DNA from: an uncultured Methanosarcinaceae archaeon
Lineage (GTDB): Archaea; Halobacteriota; Methanosarcinia; Methanosarcinales; Methanosarcinaceae
Reading direction: 5' to 3'
Length of the DNA stretch: 64,000 bases
Assembly: GCA_963733675.1 (NCBI GenBank)
Contig: CAVTET010000005.1
Span: 1-64,000, forward strand
Part shown: piece by piece, positions 56,913 through 64,000 of the stretch
How positions within the stretch are numbered: position 1 is the first letter of the stretch
Layout of the letters: each line of letters begins with the position of its first letter
The notes under the pieces: model-generated
Databases searched by the model: none
What the model was told of the DNA's origin: nothing
Seen by the model: only the letters and a program-made list of their open reading frames with translations
Translations under genes and position numbers: made by a program

Positions 56913-57215
56913 ATGTACAAAGATATAAGTTTTAAAATAAATTTCAATATAAGTGGAATAGCTGATGCTCTCAAAAGCTTGGTATCAGTCGGCGAACAGG
57001 TCATGAGGTCTATTAAAAATGGGTTCTTCAACGCAATGCACAAGCACGATTTTATAGAGATTCCTTATGCTAACAGGGTGGCAGTCAAGATTGAAGAAGG
57101 AGACGCCATTTTCTGGTGGATTTTGAGTCGCTATCGGGGTAAATATCGTAGGATCGACATAGTTAGGAATATTAGTCTCAATACTGCTCCATCTGCTTGC
57201 AGGAGCGTGGTTTGA
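56913..57215 (+). CDS. Hypothetical protein of integrase element
   Basis: AGGAG RBS; TGATG coupling to the next ORF. Confidence 0.55.
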   Translation: MYKDISFKINFNISGIADALKSLVSVGEQVMRSIKNGFFNAMHKHDFIEIPYANRVAVKIEEGDAIFWWILSRYRGKYRRIDIVRNISLNTAPSACRSVV

Positions 57216-57394
57216 TGCAGGCAAAAACTACTTTTAAACCTGAGACGGTTGCTGAAGTCAGCAAAATTTACAATGACTTCAAAGACAGCATCGAATTCAA
57301 AGCTCGTTTTGGGAATCAGGTTGAGCGAGCCTTTGTTCTCACGATTTTTGCAATCGCTGAGGTAAAGCTGGAAGGTGGAACCTATGAGATTTGA
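57215..57394 (+). CDS. Small hypothetical protein
   Basis: Coupled ATG at 57215; overlaps next gene. Confidence 0.5.
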   Translation: MQAKTTFKPETVAEVSKIYNDFKDSIEFKARFGNQVERAFVLTIFAIAEVKLEGGTYEI

Positions 57395-57963
57395 TGAGAC
57401 TAAGAGCTTTGACTTCAGATCCTTGTGCCAACCGACCACTTTTGAGCAAGATTCGGTCACAAAGAAATTAATCACGACTATTTTTCTCAAAAAACCGAGG
57501 TCTGGTCTTGATTTTATTAGGATAAGAGAGGAGCCAGATTGGACAGTTGTAATCTACCTTATGGACATGGGAAGAGAGGAGGAAAAAATATGCCGTCGCC
57601 CCAGACATCATACCTGAAGTCATGGATACTGGGAGACTGAAGCGGGTCAGACTTTATACCGGAATCACATTTAATGGCGACGATCTCTTTCTATCTGACA
57701 TTCCCTTCCCAGATTCCGATGGGAAAGAAAATGAATACAATAGAACCCGTGCCATAGCCTATGAAATGGCAAAGCACAAATGGGTTAAGCTTCAGGTCAA
57801 CAGGGCGCTTGAGGCGTACGAAATCGTTGAAACGAAGAGCAATCTCCCTGAGCCGATCTGGCCTGAGGAGCTATCAGATATCATAAAAGCCTTAGAGATC
57901 TGCTTTAAAGACAAACTGATAGACTCCGTTGACCATCCTGTGCTGAAGAAGGTTGAGGGGTGA
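57375..57963 (+). pseudogene. PolA-associated accessory protein, one +1 frameshift
   Basis: Removing one A from the A-run at ~57583-57588 joins VTKKLITTI..KKP..FIRI to EKYAVAP...DGKENEY...WV...AYEI...EPIWP...DHPVLKK. Confidence 0.65.
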
Positions 57964-57966
57964 AAT

Positions 57967-59695
57967 TTGATGTTGCCTCAGTTTAATCGAATTCACGTTA
58001 TTGACTTCGAGTTTGTGGCTGATCCAGGAGAAAAGCTTAAACCTGTGTGCCTCGTTGCACACGAATTTAAATCAGGAAAAACGTACAAAATATGGCTAGA
58101 AGGGCAAGCACCTTCTTTTAAACCTTTTTTTCCTTTTAGGGAGGAAGATCTTTTTGTGTCATACTATAGTTCTGCTGAATGGGGATGTTATCTAGCACTA
58201 AATTGGCTTTTACCTGTTAATGTGGTAGACTTATTCGCAGAATTCCGGGTTTTAACTAATGGCTTGCCAGGGATCTCCAATAGCCTACTTGGAGCTTGTC
58301 AGAGATTTGGTATCAATACTATTTCTGCATCTGAAAAGGAAAATGCGAGACTTCGGATCTTACAGGGTTCCCCATTTACCGAGGAAGAGAAAACGGAGAT
58401 TCTAGATTACTGCGAGAGTGATGTTCTAGAAACCGCAAAGCTGTTTCGTAGAATGCTTCCTTATATTGATATCCCGAGAGCTTTGATTCGAGGTAGATAT
58501 ATGGAGACCATAGCCACGATGGAACATATTGGAATCCCTATTGATGTAGAAATTTTAAAACTTCTAAAAGAAAACTGGGATCAAATCCAAGAGAGATTAA
58601 TCTCAGAAATCGATAAAGATTACGGAGTTTATGAAGGGACTTCATTTAAGGTTGCTAAATTTGAGGAATATCTTGTTAATAACAACATTGTTTGGCCTAG
58701 GACTGAGAGAGGAAATCTGGAACTTAAAGATGACACATTCAAAGAGATGTTGCATTAGGTACCCCAGGCTTCAGAGGCTACGAGATCTTAGGTACATTTT
58801 AGGGCAGCTCAGATTCTCGAATCTTCTAGTGGGAGCTGACAGTAGAAATAGGTGTCTACTTTCACCTTTTGGTTCTAAAACTGGTAGGAATCAACCGAGC
58901 ACAAGTAAATTCATATTTGGGCCTGCAGTCTGGCTTCGAAGTCTGATTAAACCAGAAAAAGGGAAGGTGTTAGCTTATATAGATTTTGAACAGCAAGAAT
59001 TTGCAATTGCTGCAGCACTCTCAAAGGATAAAGGGATGAAGGCTGCATATGCAACTGGTGATCCTTACTTAGCTTTTGGCAAGCAGGCAGGAGCAATTCC
59101 ACAGGACTCGATTAAAGAAACTCATAAGGCTGAGAGAGACTGTTTCAAACAATGCGTGCTGGGCGTGCAATATGGCATGGGTGCGGACAGCTTGGCTATG
59201 AGAATAGGGAAGTCAAGGCCGTATGCTGAAGAATTCCTTCATCATCACAAACGAGTTTACAGCAAATATTGGAGCTGGAGTGAACATGTGCTTAATACAA
59301 CTCTTTTCAATAGAAGAATCACGACTTGCTACGGCTGGCAATTGAACGTTATTGGATCTGAAAGGAAGGAAGCTAGGACAATCAAGAACTTCCCCTGCCA
59401 AGCTACAAGCGCAGAAATCCTACGAGTGGCTTGTATTCTTTTAGTGAAAAATGGGATAAAAATCATAGCTTCTGTGCACGATGCTATCCTAATCGAGTGT
59501 GAGGAAGAAGGTGCAGATGAAACTATTAAAAGAGCCCAAGAACTGATGACTCTAGCGTCTACTGAAGTATCGGGCCCTGATAATCCCATCCGAACAGAAG
59601 TGGAAATAATCCGATACCCCAATAGATACATGGACAAGAGAGGGTTAGAAACCTGGAACATTATAATGAATATTTTGAAAGAGTTGAAAGATTAA
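57967..59695 (+). pseudogene. polA: Family A DNA polymerase with 3'-5' exonuclease, one +1 frameshift
   Basis: ExoI DFEF, ExoIII YCESD, motif A IDFEQQEF, motif B RDCFKQCVLGVQYG, motif C VHDAIL; extra T in atgttgc at ~58750. Confidence 0.9.
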
Positions 59696-59730
59696 ACTAT
59701 GGGCATATTTGTCAAGTCTTGGTGCAAACA

Positions 59731-59807
59731 GTGGCAAATCTGGCACCTAACTGGTGACAAATTAGACACCTAACTGATGACAGATTTGCCACCACCTACG
59801 GAGTAGG
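59731..59807. repeat. Three 23-bp-period pseudo-palindromic repeats plus hairpin (candidate origin)
   Basis: gtggcaaatctggcacctaactg / gtgacaaattagacacctaactg / atgacagatttgccac; perfect 12-bp IR 59731-59742 vs 59781-59792; cctac-gga-gtagg. Confidence 0.75.
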
Positions 59808-59925
59808 CATTCTTGACATCAGTTTCAATGAAAAACGGGATCTACAGGCTTCTCATCCTAAAAAAACAAACTGGTGACAAGAAAGCCTACACCGTACAAT
59901 AGATTGTATTTATTGGAGTATACTT

Positions 59926-60261
59926 ATGTATGTATTAGAAAGCAAGGGTAAGAATAAGAGCAGGAATATACCTAAAGAAAAATTAGATAGTATATTTATC
60001 CCTCCTATGCCTTGGAGCTGGATACAGAAACTTCAGGCTCCTAAAGGGGGAGCCACTTTCAGGGTAGCCCATTATATTTGGTTCCAGAAAGGCGTGAAAG
60101 GGACCAAAGAAAGTCTTGTTATCTCAAGTAGTGGACTAAACAATTTTTACAAAATGGATAAGCGTACTTTCATTAGGGCTCTCCACGAATTAGAAAGCTT
60201 AGGGATGATTACTGTTGAAAGGCAGGCAGGGAAGAGCCCAAAAGTTACAATAAAAATTTAA
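59926..60261 (+). CDS. Winged-HTH protein
   Basis: PMPWSWI...DKRTFIRALHELESLGMITVERQAGKSPKVTI. Confidence 0.75.
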   Translation: MYVLESKGKNKSRNIPKEKLDSIFIPPMPWSWIQKLQAPKGGATFRVAHYIWFQKGVKGTKESLVISSSGLNNFYKMDKRTFIRALHELESLGMITVERQAGKSPKVTIKI

Positions 60262-60891
60262 AGGTCTTGCTTTTTATTAAGACCATCGAGTCCTTTTTAG
60301 TGTCTTTCCTTTCGATGTTTAGTAATGTTAAGTAAGAATAAAAAATGTGCGATGTATTATTAATTATTTTAATAAGAAAATAAAATTGCTATTTAACACT
60401 TTCAAGAACTCACCTAGAGTTTACGAAAATGAATAGATTATGATAGATTCTCAGAAAATCTAGAACCCAAAAGCAATATCAATACAACCTTTTACTCGTA
60501 TATTGACACATAAAGATGTGATATGATTACTTATATTCTCAATTTCTAAATGAGATTTCATTTACTTTTTTATTACTTGAACTATCTTGCTAATCCTATT
60601 CTAGATTTTGTTTACAGAGTACCATAACCTGACTTATTCTCAGCCCCTTCATTGAGTTTTTGATATTAGGTATAAACTTATCTAATTCAAGAAAATGCCT
60701 AGAATAGCCCCACGTTCGTTCCTGTATAACAAGTCATAGGTGAAAGTTTTAAAAGCTATAAGCAGTCAATAGCTCAAAATACCCATTCCATTTGTGAGTT
60801 CATAACTCGGTTTCATAGATAAACAAACTAAAAAAAATATTAAGCATAACACTCAATTATATTTATTAAAAAAAGTAAAAACGAGATCAAA

Positions 60892-61077
60892 ATGACAAGA
60901 TCTTCAAAATTGACTAAAGAGTTACAACAGCAAATCGGTGAGAATGTTGCATTGGGACTTACTTATGCTTTAGCAGCAGCATCCGCAGGAATAACGTATC
61001 AAACATTTAATGACTGGATGAATAAAGGAAAAAATTCAAAATCTGGGGAGTATTTTGAGTTCTATAAACTAACATAA
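60892..61077 (+). pseudogene. TerS-like HTH protein, copy 2 (truncated)
   Basis: Paralog of 2000-2422, cut at the edge of the dispersed repeat. Confidence 0.75.
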
Positions 61078-61312
61078 TTATCTATATTGTTTACAACGTT
61101 TGTTTATTATTACTTGAAAATCAAATAATATTTATTTAGTAAAATATAATAGTTATATATTTATCTGTGACTTTGCAAGACAGCAAGTGGAATATACCCA
61201 TTCAATATATCTTTGAGTTGTGAATGTCTGCTTGACTGCATGATTGGTTGCGGTCTGGATGTATTCTGATAACAAATTCAAAGGATTGATTTCACTTTTG
61301 TCTCCACGTGAG
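61067..61312 (-). repeat. ~250-bp dispersed repeat, copy 2
   Basis: Homologous to 39745-39993. Confidence 0.75.
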
Positions 61313-61560
61313 CTAACACTAAAATAAATCTTCGCTTTTTCCTAATATAAGCCATGCTTGATTAAAGTTTCACCATTCTTCAACTAGTCCATGCATTTGA
61401 AAGAGATTTATCTTGCTTCAAAAGGGCATAAACTTAGATTAGATTCTATCCGAGAAGTCATTTAATGGTGTGTTGTAAGTATCAGAGGAATAGAAATCTC
61501 TAGATAAATATATGAGCTCATTAGGAGCCCACAGTGGGATTTAAATCAAATCGTAATAGG

Positions 61561-61884
61561 TTAGATATAGTCTACTGCCAGTTTCTTACTGGCCACCAAA
61601 TCATCTAAACAAAATCCCAGTGAAGCAAAATTCTGGACCAATTCGTTATAGGTTTCTTCAAAAGCTATAAAGACGCCTGGCTCATCGTAGTTTTGGGCTC
61701 CATTGACCAGGAACTCCATGGCCATAAGTGTCTTTCCTGAACCTGCACTTCCGTATACAAGTGTAGTACGACCCTTTGGCAATCCACCATCAGTTAGTTC
61801 ATCAAGACCAGTTATGCCAATTGGAGATTTTTCAAGATGCGCTTCTGTTAAAGTTGGGCTCTCTTCTTCAATCATCAAATGCAC
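61561..61884 (-). pseudogene. kaiC: KaiC-like ATPase, N-terminal fragment
   Basis: GITGLDELTDGGLPKGRTTLVYGSAGSGKT...FEE; stops after 107 aa. Confidence 0.85.
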
Positions 61885-62133
61885 CTTTTAATATTAATTT
61901 TGAAATTATTATATTACCCTACTATTAAAAGTCAGACCTTCTTTATTATAAATTAGCCTATCAATTGAATTTATTTAGCCTGCATTTGATATTTTAAGTC
62001 TTTTATGACAATATATTCAAAAGTTTAGATATTCACTAATTTACAGAAGCATAGAGTATTTGGCAGTTTAGTAAATGCAAAAAATAGTAAGAAACAGATA
62101 AGCAAGATTTAATAAATCCTAATGTTATCGATT

Positions 62134-62589
62134 TTAAATTGAAGCAGTTGATGGCTCTTTTTGTTTACCAACCAGAGAAAACTTATCCATGATTTCTTTC
62201 CGTATTATATCGAAGTCCTTGACGATTATCTCAACCGTCTCATTCGTGTTCTCTGAAACTGTATTAATTTTTCTATAGACCCGCCGTCCAAACTCGTCAG
62301 GAAATCATCTTTCCAAAATCCACATGCAAACTTGACAGTTTCCAGCTTTTGCTGCTGCGTTTAAACTCTCAAGAAGTTTCTTAGCCCCTTCAGCATTGCA
62401 TTTTTGAATATATTGAGCAAACAAAAAATACTTCCCAGATTTCTCTGTCTGCCCCCTTTTCAGCCATGAGTTTAAACTTTGGTAGATTACACCCGCAGCT
62501 TCGGCAGCTAGAGCATAAGTCAACCCAAGAGATACACCACCACCGATTTCCTGTTGCATTTGAAGCGTGAGTTTCGAAGGACGTGGCAT
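62134..62589 (-). pseudogene. TerS-like HTH protein, copy 3 (one in-frame TGA)
   Basis: WILER*FPDEFGRRVYRK continues to TAA at 62134; Arg in copy 1. Confidence 0.8.
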
Positions 62590-63131
62590 GATAACACCGT
62601 TTTTTATTTTACATAATTGATATTAGTAAGTATTGTATTTAATGTTTTTTAGTTCCTTTATGCACTAAAGCGGGGTTTATACCGCCATATCAAAAATAAG
62701 CCATTATCAGCCGTTTTAAGACGTTTTTTAACTAAGGTAAGATATCTAGGACTCATTATAAAAGTCTCACTAGTAGTCCCAAATTAAGTCATTTTTTCAA
62801 CAAAATAAATTCCCCCTGATTTTACTGCCATAGCACGGTAAGTACCTTCGGGATATTTTTCATATAGTTTTATTATTTTAAAATAATATAAATTATGTTG
62901 CAATATTAGGTGCTTAGATTTTAAGATTGGATTTCACATAAATTTCATATTCTTTAGTTTAAGGTCGAAAAATAAGGACATTCTTTAAAAAAATTTAAGC
63001 TATTTACTTACCACATATTTATGAGAAGTATCTAACAAAAACTACCGATTGTGGGGCTATTTAAGGCATTTTTTTGAGTCGGATGGGGTTATAAAAATCA
63101 GTTAAAAAACTTAATATAAGGGTTGAGAGAA

Positions 63132-63191
63132 AGTCCAATTACTGGCAAGCTTTCTGATACTAGTCCAATTACTGGCGAGCTTTCTGATACT
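63132..63191 (+). repeat. 30-bp tandem duplication
   Basis: agtccaattactggc(a/g)agctttctgatact x2. Confidence 0.9.
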
Positions 63192-63582
63192 TTCTGATAT
63201 TTAGACTGATATTATTCATTTTTATGTTCCGGTTGATCATGTCAATTAATCAGAATCTATAACATCTTTCGCCGTCCTTAGGCTCTGCGAAGAATACTAG
63301 ACAGATAATCCCTTACTCTTCTTTATCTTGAATTTGGTTTGTAGGCCTTATTATCCGGGGTAAGCCACGGACAAATAAACCTACGCATAACTGATAGATT
63401 TTGGCTTGCACATCGAGAATGCAGGATAGCCGACCTATCAGTCAGTGGATATTATTTTTCTCGAAGTTATACCACTCACTTTTGCGTTTGTTTTATACTT
63501 GGTCAGCCACCTTTCACAGACGGTAGTTGCATGATCTTTACATCCAGATATTCATTCAAAACCGTCATATGACATTTCAATC

Positions 63583-63975
63583 TCACTGTCGGGCCATGAC
63601 AATACGCATCTCAGTTTCCTTGTCTTCTATCAGCTGGCCGCTCACGTCCACTATCACGCTATGGATCTTGCCTGTGAACTCGGGGACGGTAGTCTGGTGT
63701 GACTGGTGATCTATGAGCTGAGCCACAGGTTACTCCACCAGTTAACCCTAACACAAGTGGAATAGTTACAGGTACATCAATTTGGCCGACTAACTTCCCA
63801 TCTATAAAGAGCTTAGCAATTCCAGGTGAACCCTTACCATTAGCAAAATCTGGCTTACCAGTCACCTCGAACTCGAACCCGAGTCGATGTCTCCCTTCGG
63901 GAACATTCTCATTGGACTCTACATGATACAAGGCTCTAGATACGTAATTGTGCACCCAGTGAAGTTTCCCATTTT
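63583..63975 (-). pseudogene. Arylsulfatase C-terminal fragment
   Basis: GKLHWVHNYV...LFIDGKLVG...SPVTPDY/EFTGKIHSVIVDVSG...MARQ with frameshift. Confidence 0.65.
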
Positions 63976-64000
63976 ACCGAATTTTTCAGAAAGCACCTGA

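Noticed and set aside
58756-58758. TAG in polA as a pyrrolysine codon
   Set aside because: The polymerase continues in a different frame; the TAG results from a +1 frameshift
63132-63200. 30-bp duplication as a functional array
   Set aside because: Only two adjacent copies in a pseudogene-rich zone; likely a local duplication

Overview
AT-rich DNA from a methanogenic archaeon, very likely Methanosarcina or a close relative (AtwA, FmdE, DUF2124, archaeal PheRS/TrpRS, Lsm + TFE-beta-like gene, tRNA-Glu). Four zones. (1) 1-2.8 kb: right part of a mobile-element-like module (family A DNA polymerase C-terminus, short repeats, wHTH, terminase-small-subunit-like HTH gene). (2) ~3.5-44 kb: a decaying accessory island of metal/redox/arsenic genes. 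It holds one intact arsR-arsP-trx-arsD-arsA-acr3/arsC cluster, two broken copies, Trx/CcdA, tandem ArsR-FeS regulators with a DsrEFH-like sulfur relay, a double-cubane-type reductase plus activator, IS6/IS200 remnants and a shared ATCAA-N6-TTGAT operator. (3) 44-54 kb: core genes. (4) 55.4-64 kb: a tyrosine-integrase element carrying a second, distinct family A polymerase, iteron-like repeats, a wHTH and TerS-like genes. The best candidate for an undescribed system is the recurring integrase/PolA/origin-like repeats/wHTH/TerS-like architecture, a possible archaeal phage-satellite-like element. All family calls come from motif recognition by eye; no database search was run.
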